From positions 1-57,369 of the forward strand of contig CAIOJL010000004.1 in the NCBI GenBank assembly GCA_903858595.1: a stretch of DNA of 57,369 nt, written 5' to 3'. A program made the translations under genes and the position numbers. This DNA is from an uncultured Spartobacteria bacterium. GTDB lineage: Bacteria > Verrucomicrobiota > Verrucomicrobiia > Chthoniobacterales > UBA6821. Positions 9,166 through 19,875 of this stretch are shown here, one piece after another (position 1 is the first letter of the stretch; each line of letters opens with the position of its first letter). Under the pieces are notes generated by a model. The model ran no database searches. It was given only the letters and a program-made list of their open reading frames with translations, and was not told where the DNA came from.

Positions 9166-10202
9166 GCTTTATCCCCGGCATCCCGGTGCCGATCGGTGGC
9201 ATCGAAAAAAAACTTGGAAAACTCTGGGACGAGAGCGGCGAGAGCAAGACGCGCGCCTCGCTTATCAACCTGGCCATCTATAACGAGAAGCTCGGATCTC
9301 TGGAGAGGAATACTGAAATCACTCGAGGGATAGCAGGAGAGCACGCGATGCGGGCCATTCTTATTGAGGCTGATCCCAAGGCGGAAGGAAGTAGCGCCGA
9401 AGCGTGGATCACCATGCACTGCTACCTGAGAGGGTCCAAGGGGGGCTCTGTCTGCAGCGAACAGATTTCCTTCCAACTGGCAGGCATGGCGGCGCGTTCC
9501 CTTCAAAGCGTCGTTTTCTCGCATCTCGATTCTGACCTGCCGCTGGTACTCTGGTGGCAGGCAGATTTCCATCCGCCGATCGACGGCAAGCTCTGGCGCT
9601 GGGTTGATAGACTGCTTTTTGACAGTAGGCACTGGAAGAATCCCAAGGAACAATTCGGTTTGATCAGACAGATTTCCGGACTCGCCGAAGCGCGCACCGT
9701 ACTCTGCGATCTGAACTGGGCCCGCTCCCTTCCCGTGCGACAGGCTCTGGCGGCTATCTTTGACGTCCCCGGCAACTTGTCCGAGCTTCAGCTCTTGCGG
9801 AAGATCGAACTCGATCACACCGCCGGATCACGCACCACAGCCATGCTTCTGGTGGGCTGGCTGGCCGACCGCCTCGGATGGAGCCTCTTCAATCCCTCGG
9901 CCAATCCTGAGTTCCGTGATGCCCAGGGCAATATCGTTTCTATAGAACTGAGAGAGAACGAGGGTGCCAGCATCTCCCGCATGAACCTCGCCTCCGAGAA
10001 TGCGGAATTTCATCTCCTGCGGGAATCGGGTTCCGATCTCTATGTCACCACGGCGCAGGGAGCGAATATCGTAACCACCACCAGAATACTCCGCGCACCC
10101 CGTGAAGAAACGCGTGAGATTCTTTTGGCGGAGCTCTCCCGCGGAGGACGCCACCCGCTCTACACCAAGGCCGTGAAAGCCGTGGAAGAACTCTGGGAGT
10201 AA
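9162..10202 (+). CDS. opcA: Glucose-6-phosphate dehydrogenase assembly protein OpcA
   Basis: Overlaps the zwf stop (GTGA); RASLINL, VCSEQI, DLPLVLWW, DRLLFDS, DLNWAR, GWLADRLGW. Confidence 0.85.
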   Translation: MSFIPGIPVPIGGIEKKLGKLWDESGESKTRASLINLAIYNEKLGSLERNTEITRGIAGEHAMRAILIEADPKAEGSSAEAWITMHCYLRGSKGGSVCSEQISFQLAGMAARSLQSVVFSHLDSDLPLVLWWQADFHPPIDGKLWRWVDRLLFDSRHWKNPKEQFGLIRQISGLAEARTVLCDLNWARSLPVRQALAAIFDVPGNLSELQLLRKIELDHTAGSRTTAMLLVGWLADRLGWSLFNPSANPEFRDAQGNIVSIELRENEGASISRMNLASENAEFHLLRESGSDLYVTTAQGANIVTTTRILRAPREETREILLAELSRGGRHPLYTKAVKAVEELWE

Positions 10203-10213
10203 ACGCTCGTCTT

Positions 10214-12781
10214 CTAAAACTCCGCCGGTTTCGGGGCTGGGATCGTCATGACCGGCGCGGCGCTCGGCAGATCCATCGGCCGAACGGCTTCCGCTTTCCT
10301 GACCTCTTTTTCACCGACTGGCAAAGCAACGGGCACATTCGTGGCAACTGCCGTCCCAGCCCCCCCCTTACCGTCGGTTCCGGGATCCTTACCGTCAGGT
10401 GATGTGGCACGCGCCACCTTGATACTCCTGTCATCCACGGCAGCGGTGCTTATGGTGGGATTCACCGCACGGTAGAGATCATTCTGGGCCAGAAGCGTCG
10501 GAGCATTCACAGGGACTGGTCGAACGCGCGTCAGATCGACCGCAGCAGCAGCTCTTGGCCACTCGGCCTGGTCAATGTCGCGATTGTAACTCCGTACCCC
10601 TCCCCCATGGACATCACAGGACACGGTGGGCATCTCAGCCTCCGTGGCGTACTCAGTGGCAACAACTCCCTGGAGTTTCCGACATCCCTCGGTGGGAAGC
10701 AGCCCTGAACTTCTGCAGATCTCGACCTGCTTCAAGCCCATGGGCATGGTCAGAAACTTGGAGGGAAAGGATCCCAACGATGCGTTCATCACCTGAGCCC
10801 AGATTGGAAGGGCAAGATCCTTACCGAAGGCTCCGCGGTAGATCTTCTGCGGTTTGTCGAATCCGACCCAGACCCCGCAGGTCACGGCGCTTGAGTAACC
10901 AACAAACCAAGTATCAGTGAAGTCGTAAGCAGTCCCGGATTTGCCGGCGAGCGGAGCATTCGTCGCGATACCGGAAGCGGCCGCCTCCTGAGCACAGGCC
11001 TTGAAGAGAGCATCCTGGAGCACGGAGTGCACCTGATAGGCTGCCTCTGCAGGCAACACTTGGACCCGGGTCACAGGATTCTCATAGAGGAGGTTACCCT
11101 CCTGATCGGTGATCCGAGTGATCGTGAAAAGCTTGGCCGAGCGTGTGCCCCCGCCCGGGAAAGCCGTGTAGGCAAGGGTCATTTCATCAAGGGACATCTC
11201 GCTGGATCCGAGATAGGCATTCGCCACATCTCGGAGTGGAGAACGTATGCCAGCGGCTTTACAGAATTCGTTGAGCTGATCGAGACCGGTCTTATAACCG
11301 AGACGAACGACGGCTGCATTCTTCCCACGGGCCACAGCCTCACTCGAGGGCATCGGCCCCTCATACTCATTGTCAGGGCGTTCCACGCCCCATTCCCCCA
11401 GGATGCCATTGACTCCACCGATCATGACGAAGTGATTGTCGATGCAGTCATCATCGACCGATTCTCCCGGGAAGAATCCGTTCGCATAGGCGGCGGCGGC
11501 CACCATCGGAGTGAAGAGTGTTCCGGGAGGACGGCGCCCCTGCAGGGCCCGGTTGTATTCGCTGTGCAGGAAGTCACGTCCACCCGCAACTGCGAGGATG
11601 CCACCAGTGGCATTCTCAACCGCCAAGACCGCACCCTGAAGATAGCCGGGAGGAGGCATCGTGACAGGTTCTCCACGCTGTGCAGCTTCTTCTATTGTTG
11701 CGTTGATCTGGCGGTACTGCTGATAGGTGATGTGGGCGAAGCCAGGTTGGCTCTCAACCTGTGTAAGGTGACCTTTCACCGCACGTTCCGCCACCATCTG
11801 GAGCTTGGCATCGAAGGTGGTTTCGATCTTCACCCCCTCGTTCATCGCCGTGTCATATCCCAGGGCCGCAATAGCCTGCTGGCGGACCAGGTCGATCGCA
11901 TAGGAAACCCTATTGGGATTCGTTCTCTTGCGGACTGAGAGGTTCAGTTCCACGGCGCTCTCATATTCTTCGCGCGTGATCAGATGCATCTCCCGCATGC
12001 GCCCCAGTACAAAATCCCGTACCTTCTTTGCACCCGTCGGATTATTCCAGGGAGAATAATAATTGGGGCTCTTGAGCAGGCCCGCAAGCATGGCGCATTC
12101 GCCGACACTCAGATCTTTCGAAGCCTTCCAGAAGTAGCCCCTGGCAGCAGCCTCGACCCCGTAAAACCCGCTCCCGAAGTAAACGCGATTCAGATAGCAC
12201 TCCATGATCTTCTCCTTGGTCAGATGATCCTCGATGCGTTCGGCCAAGAACATTTCCAGCAGCTTGCGGCGGTAGCTCTTCTCATGGAGGTCGAACGAGT
12301 TTCGAGCCAGTTGCTGGGTCACCGTACTGGCTCCCTGCTTCACCTTACCCTGGTGCCAGTTGCTGACGGCCGCACGCAACACGCCGAAGTAATCGACACC
12401 GTGATGATCGAAGAATCTGTTGTCCTCCTCAGCGACAACAGCATTCACCATCTCCTTCGGGATCTGATCATAGGGAATGGGCAGTCGATTCTGGATGAAG
12501 ATCTTGCCCATCTGCTGGCCGTTGCGGTCCAGGATCACGCTCGCGGACTCCATCTTGGGTATCTTCGCCAGATCAAAGGATTCAGCCTTGGTCTTGAACT
12601 CGGAAACCAGCCATCCGTAGACGATGAGGCCACACAGCGAAGCAAGGATCAGGAGCGTCACGGGCACGAGAAACCAAAGCCGTAGAAACCATGGTTTCCG
12701 ACGACGTTCCCTCTTCTCTTCCCAGCTGTAGCGATAGCGTGCGATCCGTCCATCTTTTCCATGAAAGCCCTCACCGGGCAA
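10214..12781 (-). CDS. Class A penicillin-binding protein (PBP1A-like); glycosyltransferase intact, transpeptidase motifs degenerate
   Basis: Single N-terminal TM; EDNRFFDHHGVD, GASTVTQQLARN, RKLLE, YLNRVYFG; TP domain has GTLFTP, GKN, GKSGT. Start position uncertain. Confidence 0.9.
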   Translation of the reverse strand: MPGEGFHGKDGRIARYRYSWEEKRERRRKPWFLRLWFLVPVTLLILASLCGLIVYGWLVSEFKTKAESFDLAKIPKMESASVILDRNGQQMGKIFIQNRLPIPYDQIPKEMVNAVVAEEDNRFFDHHGVDYFGVLRAAVSNWHQGKVKQGASTVTQQLARNSFDLHEKSYRRKLLEMFLAERIEDHLTKEKIMECYLNRVYFGSGFYGVEAAARGYFWKASKDLSVGECAMLAGLLKSPNYYSPWNNPTGAKKVRDFVLGRMREMHLITREEYESAVELNLSVRKRTNPNRVSYAIDLVRQQAIAALGYDTAMNEGVKIETTFDAKLQMVAERAVKGHLTQVESQPGFAHITYQQYRQINATIEEAAQRGEPVTMPPPGYLQGAVLAVENATGGILAVAGGRDFLHSEYNRALQGRRPPGTLFTPMVAAAAYANGFFPGESVDDDCIDNHFVMIGGVNGILGEWGVERPDNEYEGPMPSSEAVARGKNAAVVRLGYKTGLDQLNEFCKAAGIRSPLRDVANAYLGSSEMSLDEMTLAYTAFPGGGTRSAKLFTITRITDQEGNLLYENPVTRVQVLPAEAAYQVHSVLQDALFKACAQEAAASGIATNAPLAGKSGTAYDFTDTWFVGYSSAVTCGVWVGFDKPQKIYRGAFGKDLALPIWAQVMNASLGSFPSKFLTMPMGLKQVEICRSSGLLPTEGCRKLQGVVATEYATEAEMPTVSCDVHGGGVRSYNRDIDQAEWPRAAAAVDLTRVRPVPVNAPTLLAQNDLYRAVNPTISTAAVDDRSIKVARATSPDGKDPGTDGKGGAGTAVATNVPVALPVGEKEVRKAEAVRPMDLPSAAPVMTIPAPKPAEF

Positions 12782-12908
12782 GCGGCGATGGCAGGAAATC
12801 AGGATGCTTTTTACAAACCGGCTTCGGGCTTATCTTTCGCAAGGTATGGAAGCTTCGGGAAGATCGATTTCCAGCCTCTCTCTCCGTGCCAAGGGGAGAG
12901 TCTGACAC

Positions 12909-13994
12909 TTACCAACCGGGCAGCAGCGTGATACCTTCCACCATACTGCAGGAATGAATGGCGTATTTTCCCGGCATATTCGGGATGACTGCGGGGGTAG
13001 GCCGTCTCCACTGCGGAGCGAGCAGCCGCCTCGCTCTCCTTGAGCACCAGGGCACCGCTGGCTCCCCGGTCACCGCCGCCAAGCATCCTCTCGCCGAGAA
13101 CACCAGGAATCGTCCTCACGATATCGCACATGGTTTCGAGTTCCTTACCGGAGACCTGATAGTCGTAGCGCAGTCCAAGGCCGTCAGCGCGGAAGATCTC
13201 ACCGACCATCTCGATATTCCCTTCACTCCAGGCTCGGAGCATCCGTTCGAACCGCCGCTGCGCATGCTAGATGTAATCCAGACGCTTGCAGAGATGAGGG
13301 TGACTGGCACCGAATTTTGCGAGGATCGACCGGAAGAGATCCTCGGAGCGGACATCACCCAGCAATCTGATGCCGAAAGGTTCGCGGCAGAGATCCACCA
13401 TCTCGGCGCACTAGGGATGGCGGATCGAGCGGTCGGCACATGGCGGATCGAGCGGTCGGCGGGGTTGTAATGCGTCCCCATGCCCGAGGGAAACTCGATG
13501 CCGTTCACCTCGGCCAGCGAGATCAAAAGATTGAGCGTTAGCGACGCGGAACGCGACATATCGCCGCCAAGTATATTCCCGTACAGAACCGCGTCCATGC
13601 CCGTCTGTAAATTGTAACCTTTTTGCTTGAGGATCCACGCGACACCAAGCGGAAATCGTGACCAGGAATCAGGAGCCGATCCGGGTTCGGGAATCGCATC
13701 GAGCGCCACGTCGATCAGCCCATCCTGCTCGAAGTTCCCACTGAAGAGACGGAGACGACCCAGATCATTAGGCTTGAAGGCCATCCAGATGAACCGGTCC
13801 GTGCCTACTCCAAAGAGTTCGGTCCCGTTATAATCCCCATGCTCCACACCGAGACAGAAGCGTGAGGAGGAACGCCTGATACTGCATCCTCCCATTGGGA
13901 TTCCGGCAGAGAGGGCAAGATCCAAAAGGACTTTTACTATTCCCGCATCGTACTCGTCGGCTTTCTTCATATTTCCGAGATCATGCTTCATCAT
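12909..13994 (-). pseudogene. Galactokinase-like (GHMP kinase) pseudogene
   Basis: GVEHGDYNG and GGDMSRSASL in one frame; LRYDYQVSGKELE and ERMLGGGDRG in a second; C-terminal YAIHSCSMVEGITLLPGW in a third. Also in-frame TAG stops and a 23-bp-period duplication at 13417-13460. Confidence 0.8.
13417..13460. repeat. Tandem duplication (21-nt unit, 23-bp period) inside the galactokinase pseudogene
   Basis: ATGGCGGATCGAGCGGTCGGC at 13417-13437 and 13440-13460. Confidence 0.9.
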
Positions 13995-14050
13995 CGTATC
14001 AATGATAGAAGAAGGAGAATCGATTTGGAAGTCGTGTCACGGATTGGCTC

Positions 14051-15004
14051 ATGATAAAATTTATAGAAATGACCGGAGAGCTCAATCCCAATGCTTCCAA
14101 GGAGCTGAAACAGCGATGGGGATTCGATTTGGGTGGAACCAAGATCGAGGGGGTAATCCTGGATCCGTTTGACCCTACCAAGGCGCTTCACCGACTCCGT
14201 TTACCCACCAGATCAGAGGAAGGTTATGAACAAATCCTGAAGCGTATAGAGACCCTTGTCGCGATGCTGGAGAGCGAATCAGGAAGCAAGAGACCTACTG
14301 TTATCGGAATCGGAACTCCCGGGGTCACCGACCCGCAGAACGGCCTGCTTAAGAATTCGAACACGGTCTGCCTGAACGGAAAAGCGTTGGACAGCGATCT
14401 CTCAAAATTTCTCGGATGCGAGGTCCTCCTCGCCAACGATGCCAACTGCTGCGCTCTGGCAGAGGCCACACTTGGAGCGGCCAAGGGGTACCGCACCGTC
14501 TTCGGAATTATTCTCGGGACTGGTGTCGGAGGAGGCATCGCTGTCGATGGCCGGGCATTAACCGGAGCGCACGGCATCTGCGGCGAGTGGGGGCACAATC
14601 CGATTCCGGGCGAGGTCACCCCCTGCTACTGCGGTCGCACGGGATGCGTGGAGACGGTTATTGCTGGACCAGCCCTAGAGCGCTTCTACAGGGAACTTAC
14701 AGGCAACAACCTTAGCCTGCCGGAGATCGTTGAACTGGCCGGCAGAGGAGATCCTCATGCCAAGGCAACCTTGGAGAAACTCCGGGAGAAGTTCTCCAGA
14801 GCCTTGGCTGCCGTGATCAACATTTTCGATCCTGACGCCATCGTTATCGGAGGTGGTGTTGGTAATCTCAGCCTGCTCTACGCGCAGGAGACCCGTGACG
14901 CCATCCGAGCTCACCTCTTTAACGACCGATTCGACACCCCCCTACTCCGTCCCCTGCTCGGGGATAGCGCTGGTGTCTTCGGAGCAGCAATGCTGACGGG
15001 CTGA
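14051..15004 (+). CDS. ROK family sugar kinase (fructokinase/Mak-like)
   Basis: GFDLGGTKIE, IGIGTPG, ANDANC, ILGTGVGGGI, GEWGH, CYCGRTGCVE, LGDSAGVFGAA; no HTH. Start could be 14069. Confidence 0.9.
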   Translation: MIKFIEMTGELNPNASKELKQRWGFDLGGTKIEGVILDPFDPTKALHRLRLPTRSEEGYEQILKRIETLVAMLESESGSKRPTVIGIGTPGVTDPQNGLLKNSNTVCLNGKALDSDLSKFLGCEVLLANDANCCALAEATLGAAKGYRTVFGIILGTGVGGGIAVDGRALTGAHGICGEWGHNPIPGEVTPCYCGRTGCVETVIAGPALERFYRELTGNNLSLPEIVELAGRGDPHAKATLEKLREKFSRALAAVINIFDPDAIVIGGGVGNLSLLYAQETRDAIRAHLFNDRFDTPLLRPLLGDSAGVFGAAMLTG

Positions 15005-15089
15005 ATCCCGCCTGACGAAGGAGGCCTCTCAAGATTTTTTTCTTAACCGGAAAGAAAGCTTCATAGCCCAGGGCAGGCAAGCAAACGCA

Positions 15090-17051
15090 TCAGTTTGACT
15101 GATCCGTGGTGGACTGATCCTGATCCTTTGACTTGTCTCCCTTATCGGACTTTTCTGCCTTATCTTTATCGGTCTGGTCATTAGAGTTATGAGAGTCCGT
15201 AGAGGTTGACTTGGATTCCTTCTCTTTATCTTTGTTCTCTTTGGAGCCGTAGACCTCCTGGAGGACTTTACCGATGAGCGGTGCAGCGTGGCTGCCTCCA
15301 TGGATGTTGTTATCGCCGGGTTCTCCCTCATAGACGGCGGCAAAGGCATACTGGGGATTCTCGGCGGGAACGAATCCCGCAAACCATGCTGCGGTGCGCT
15401 GCTTCTCCTTGTTCCCTCCTCCACCCCATTGGGCAGTACCGGTCTTACCTGCGACATGGTAACCCTTGACCTGCGCATAGTGGGCTGTTCCCTGTCCATC
15501 TTCGGTCACGGCCACGAGAGCTTTTTTCAGCGTCTTCATATCCTCGGGCGTGATCTGGAGGTCATCCCGGAGACGGTCTGGGTAGGCTGAGACAACTTTG
15601 TTATCGATGCCCTGGATCTGCTTCACGAGCCGTGTCTGGTGGAATTGTCCACCCGTCGCGATTGCCCCGTAGGCCTGGACCATCTGGAGGGGGGTGATGA
15701 CGATGGCTCCCTGGCCGATGCTCATGTTGGCGACATCGCCCTTGAGGATCTTCCGCTTCTGGGTGCGTAGCATGTATTCATCGCTGGGAATGATGCCGCC
15801 CGATTCGGCTTTGAGCGGGATGCCGGTCTTCTTCCCGAGTCCTAGGCGTTCGGTCCAAGTGATGATGTTTTGCGCCCCGATCTTGATGCCGGCCTGAATG
15901 AACCATGTGTTGCAGGACTGGGTGAGCGCCTCGACAAAATTCAGGCGGCCCGCATTTGTCTTCTTCCAGTTGTGAAAGGTGAAATTGCCGATATCGATCG
16001 CTGTGGGACCGCTGTAGATATCGGTGGCCGTGAGCTTGCCTGACTGAAACCCGGAGAGCGCGACAAAAGTCTTGAAGGTGGAGCCGGGGGGGTAAGCGGA
16101 TCGGTAGGCTCGTGGCAGCAAGGGCGTGGAAGGATCTTCGCTGAGTTGTCTGTAGATCTCGGGATTCAGGATGGGCACGAAATGGTTCGGATTGTATTCC
16201 GGCCAGGAGGCCATGGCATGGATTTCACCCGTCCAGGGATCGATCACCACGATGGCGCCTCGCTTACAGTTCTCACTCAGGACCTTCTCGCAGATGCGCT
16301 GCAGATTCTGATCAATGGTCGTGATCACGTTATCGCCGGGAACGGGAGGCTGAGCGATCCTCTCCGAGGTCTTCCGCCCCTCCGCATCGTAGGTAACATG
16401 GATGCTGCCGGGGTGGCCTTTCAGCTGGTAGTCGAAGGTTTGCTCGATCCCCTCGCGCCCCTCGCTCTCGGTGAAGATGAGGTCCTTGTTCTCGATCGGG
16501 CGGATGGAGAGCGGAGCTTCCTTGCCGGTATAGCCGATAATGTGGGAGGCAAGTTGCCCATTGGGGTAAATGCGCGCGTAGACCTGCTGGAGCACCAGGG
16601 CACTGGTGAGACCGCGCCTGGCGGCGGCCAGTTCCTCGGGTTGTAGATCCTCAAGCAGAGTCAGCGGCAGGAGCCCGCGGTTGCGGTAATGATTCAGGAT
16701 AGCCTGATCGTGCAGTGAGATCTGGCGTCCGAGGAATCCCTTGGCGAAGGTAATTTGTTGGCGTGCGAATGCCAGAACCTTGGCTTCGCTCCAGTCGAGA
16801 GGGGTGGGAAACTGAAGCGCCAGGTTGTAACTGAGACGACTCTGTGCAAGCGGATAACCGTTCCTGTCGGTGATCTGTCCTCTCGGGGCAGGAATACCCA
16901 GATGGAAGGTACGCGCCTGCTTCTGGGTCTCCCATGTCGGCTTGGGATTCTCATCGACAGGTGCATTCGTCCCGTTGTTCATCTGAGCCACTGCCCAGAA
17001 CGTGAGGAAAAAAGAGCACAGTAGAGTAAGCAGAAGGGTCCGTGCGATCAT
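15090..17051 (-). CDS. mrdA: Penicillin-binding protein 2 (class B)
   Basis: PAPRGQITDRNG, RIYPNG, PGSTFK (SxxK), SCN (SxN), GKTGT; charged low-complexity tail. Confidence 0.88.
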   Translation of the reverse strand: MIARTLLLTLLCSFFLTFWAVAQMNNGTNAPVDENPKPTWETQKQARTFHLGIPAPRGQITDRNGYPLAQSRLSYNLALQFPTPLDWSEAKVLAFARQQITFAKGFLGRQISLHDQAILNHYRNRGLLPLTLLEDLQPEELAAARRGLTSALVLQQVYARIYPNGQLASHIIGYTGKEAPLSIRPIENKDLIFTESEGREGIEQTFDYQLKGHPGSIHVTYDAEGRKTSERIAQPPVPGDNVITTIDQNLQRICEKVLSENCKRGAIVVIDPWTGEIHAMASWPEYNPNHFVPILNPEIYRQLSEDPSTPLLPRAYRSAYPPGSTFKTFVALSGFQSGKLTATDIYSGPTAIDIGNFTFHNWKKTNAGRLNFVEALTQSCNTWFIQAGIKIGAQNIITWTERLGLGKKTGIPLKAESGGIIPSDEYMLRTQKRKILKGDVANMSIGQGAIVITPLQMVQAYGAIATGGQFHQTRLVKQIQGIDNKVVSAYPDRLRDDLQITPEDMKTLKKALVAVTEDGQGTAHYAQVKGYHVAGKTGTAQWGGGGNKEKQRTAAWFAGFVPAENPQYAFAAVYEGEPGDNNIHGGSHAAPLIGKVLQEVYGSKENKDKEKESKSTSTDSHNSNDQTDKDKAEKSDKGDKSKDQDQSTTDQSN

Positions 17052-17683
17052 GATACGATGGCTGTGGCTCTTAGCAGGGTGATGTGGGGAGGCTTTAGGT
17101 AGATTGGCACGGGAGTTCTCGAGACAAGGAAAAAGGGATCGTTCTTTTCCGCAAGAATTGCAAGTCGCACGGCACTTGGAGTGGCAATCACCAGGCTCTC
17201 GATTTCCGGCAAGCCTGCCGACCCGAGCACGGGCAGATCGATATACGAGCTCAGATGACTCAGCGTCTCGGCGGGAGAAAGCAGCTGGGGTTTCTCGACG
17301 AATACCCCTTGTTGAACCCGGGCTATCCAGTAATGGCCTCCCCGTGCATCTCCGACAGCCCAGAAGCCCTCATCCTGCTCATGCAACGCCAAGGGCGATG
17401 GGATGGCATGGAGCGGGAGATGCCGCGCGGTGGCGAATCCCCTAGCGGCTGCAATTCCTGTACGCAGGCCATTATACGATCCGGGACCGAGTCCCACGCA
17501 AATGGCATCAGGAAGACCGCATCTCTCCACGGCATCACGTAGTCCCTCGAAGAGAACCGCGGAGTCGGATCGCGCATGGGGAGTCTGCTTTTCAAGGAGA
17601 ACCTCCGGCATACCTCCTGTGAAGGAAACGAAGGCAACCGAGGCGACCGGTGAGGAGGAGTCGAGGGAAAGGATCTTCATCAT
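17048..17683 (-). CDS. tsaB: tRNA threonylcarbamoyladenosine biosynthesis protein TsaB
   Basis: ILSLDSS, VGLGPGSYNGLRTG, DARGG, PIYL. Confidence 0.9.
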   Translation of the reverse strand: MMKILSLDSSSPVASVAFVSFTGGMPEVLLEKQTPHARSDSAVLFEGLRDAVERCGLPDAICVGLGPGSYNGLRTGIAAARGFATARHLPLHAIPSPLALHEQDEGFWAVGDARGGHYWIARVQQGVFVEKPQLLSPAETLSHLSSYIDLPVLGSAGLPEIESLVIATPSAVRLAILAEKNDPFFLVSRTPVPIYLKPPHITLLRATAIVS

Positions 17684-17687
17684 TATT

Positions 17688-18143
17688 TCAGAGGACTTCC
17701 CAGCGGAACGTGCGGATCTCTTCCGTACCCTCGAGCTGTGGCTCGATCCGGATTCTCAGCGTCCCGGGAGGGAGGATGGAGGCAAACTTGTCTCCCCATT
17801 CGATGAACATCAGCCCGTCATGATAGTAATCCTCGAGTCCAAGAGCTAGCGCCTCGGATTTGGATTCCAACCTGTACCAGTCCGAGTGATGCAGGCGGTT
17901 GTCTCCGGAACCATAGCTCTGAAGCAGAGTGAAGGTCGGGCTGGTGACATCCTCCACGATGCCCATGGCGAGGGCCGTGGCTTTGACAAAGTAGGTCTTT
18001 CCGGCACCAAGCGGCCCCTCCAGACTGACCACACCCGACTTCAGCATCAGGGGCAGGAGTTCTGCGGCAATAGACGCCGTTTCCTGAATGCTCCGGGCAG
18101 TATGCTCTCCCAGCTGATGTGTGACGGTATTGTCGGTTGCCAT
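17688..18143 (-). CDS. tsaE: tRNA threonylcarbamoyladenosine biosynthesis ATPase TsaE
   Basis: [30 protein letters not shown]. Confidence 0.93.
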   Translation of the reverse strand: MATDNTVTHQLGEHTARSIQETASIAAELLPLMLKSGVVSLEGPLGAGKTYFVKATALAMGIVEDVTSPTFTLLQSYGSGDNRLHHSDWYRLESKSEALALGLEDYYHDGLMFIEWGDKFASILPPGTLRIRIEPQLEGTEEIRTFRWEVL

Positions 18144-18191
18144 TTTTGAGGCATTCTAGTTGGGTTACGGAGTCTAGCAATCTTACTGGAA

Positions 18192-18226
18192 TAATCCTTC
18201 ATCATTCATCACTTATTACTCATCCT
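18192..18226. repeat. Degenerate 7-bp tandem repeat (5 units) upstream of pgi
   Basis: TAATCCT TCATCAT TCATCAC TTATTAC TCATCCT. Confidence 0.6.
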
Positions 18227-18232
18227 TTCCCC

Positions 18233-19855
18233 ATGATAAATCCGACCCAACTCCCTGCCTGGAAGGCACTCGAAGCCAATCGCGACCTAATCGCCCAGAC
18301 CACGCTCAAGGATCTCTTTGCAACCGATCCGACCCGTGGCGAACGCTTTACCGCCGAAGCTTGCGGCCTCTACCTTGACTACTCGAAGAACCGAGTCAAC
18401 GACGAGACCCTCAAGGACCTGGTGCAACTTGCCAAGGAAGTCGGACTGGAGGAACACCGCGACAAGATGTTCGCCGGTGAGAAAATCAATATTACCGAGG
18501 ACCGTGCCGTTCTCCACGTTGCCCTCCGGGCGCCGAAGACGGCGGTGATCAAGATAGACGGGGTCGATGTCGTCCCCGAGGTGCACAAGGTCCTCGAGGC
18601 GATGGGTTCCTTTGCCAACCGTATCCGCTCCGGTGAGTGGAAGGGCCACACCGGCAAGCGCATCAAGAATGTGATCAATATCGGCATCGGCGGCTCCGAC
18701 CTGGGACCTGTCATGGCATACGAGGCACTCAAGTCCTACAGCGACCGCGATATGACCTTCCGCTTTGTCTCCAATGTCGACGGTACCGACTTCGTCGAGG
18801 CCGTGCGTGATCTCGATCCCGCCGAGACCCTCTTCATTGTCTCCTCGAAGACTTTCACCACGCTCGAGACCATGACGAACGCCAACAGCGCCCGCGAGTG
18901 GTCGCTTGCTGGCTTTGGCAATGATGTTACTGCCGTTGCGAAACACTTCGTTGCAGTCTCCACCAACGCCGCAAAGGTCTCCGAGTTCGGCATCGACACT
19001 GCGAACATGTTCGGCTTTTGGGATTGGGTCGGCGGCCGCTACTCGATGGATTCCGCGATAGGTCTCTCCACGATGATCGCCATCGGTCCGAAGAACTTCT
19101 CCGATCTCCTCGCCGGATTCCACGCGATGGACGAGCACTTCCGTACGGCCCCACTCGACAAGAATCTCCCCGTCCTTCTCGGTCTCCTTATCGTCTGGTA
19201 CAGCGACTTCTTCGGTGCCCAGAGCATTGCCGTGCTTCCCTACGAGCAATACCTGAAGCGCTTTCCGGCCTACCTCCAGCAGCTTACCATGGAGAGCAAT
19301 GGCAAATCGGTTCGTCTTGACGGCACTCATATCACCTTCGATACCGGTCCGATCTACTGGGGCGAGCCCGGCACGAACGGCCAACACTCCTTCTACCAGC
19401 TCATCCACCAGGGAACGCGCCTCATTCCTTGTGATTTTATCGGGTTCAACAAGGCGATCAACGAGCTGGGTCACCACCACAATTATCTCATCTCGAATAT
19501 CTTCGCGCAGGCCGAGGCGCTCGCCTTCGGCAAGACGTCCGAGCAGGTGAAGGCTGAGGGGACGCCCGACTGGCTGAATCCCCACCGCGTCTTCGAAGGG
19601 AACCGTCCGTCGAATGTCATCATGGCCGACAAGCTCGACCCTCGTACCCTCGGCGTTCTGGTCGCTCTCTACGAGCACAGCGTCTTCACGCAGGGAGCCG
19701 TCTGGGGGATCAACTCCTTCGACCAGTGGGGTGTTGAACTCGGCAAGCAGCTTGCCCAGCACATCATTCCCGAACTGGAGTCGCCGGCCGAGCCCGATCT
19801 TAAGCACGACAGCTCTACGAACGCTCTCATCCGCCACTACAGGGCAAAAAAGTAG
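18233..19855 (+). CDS. pgi: Glucose-6-phosphate isomerase
   Basis: [52 protein letters not shown]; ATG 18233 preferred. Confidence 0.97.
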   Translation: MINPTQLPAWKALEANRDLIAQTTLKDLFATDPTRGERFTAEACGLYLDYSKNRVNDETLKDLVQLAKEVGLEEHRDKMFAGEKINITEDRAVLHVALRAPKTAVIKIDGVDVVPEVHKVLEAMGSFANRIRSGEWKGHTGKRIKNVINIGIGGSDLGPVMAYEALKSYSDRDMTFRFVSNVDGTDFVEAVRDLDPAETLFIVSSKTFTTLETMTNANSAREWSLAGFGNDVTAVAKHFVAVSTNAAKVSEFGIDTANMFGFWDWVGGRYSMDSAIGLSTMIAIGPKNFSDLLAGFHAMDEHFRTAPLDKNLPVLLGLLIVWYSDFFGAQSIAVLPYEQYLKRFPAYLQQLTMESNGKSVRLDGTHITFDTGPIYWGEPGTNGQHSFYQLIHQGTRLIPCDFIGFNKAINELGHHHNYLISNIFAQAEALAFGKTSEQVKAEGTPDWLNPHRVFEGNRPSNVIMADKLDPRTLGVLVALYEHSVFTQGAVWGINSFDQWGVELGKQLAQHIIPELESPAEPDLKHDSSTNALIRHYRAKK

Positions 19856-19875
19856 GCCCACAACCAAATTAAGTC

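Noticed and set aside
18287-19867. 526-aa minus-strand ORF
   Set aside because: Antisense shadow of pgi caused by codon bias; no recognisable motifs.
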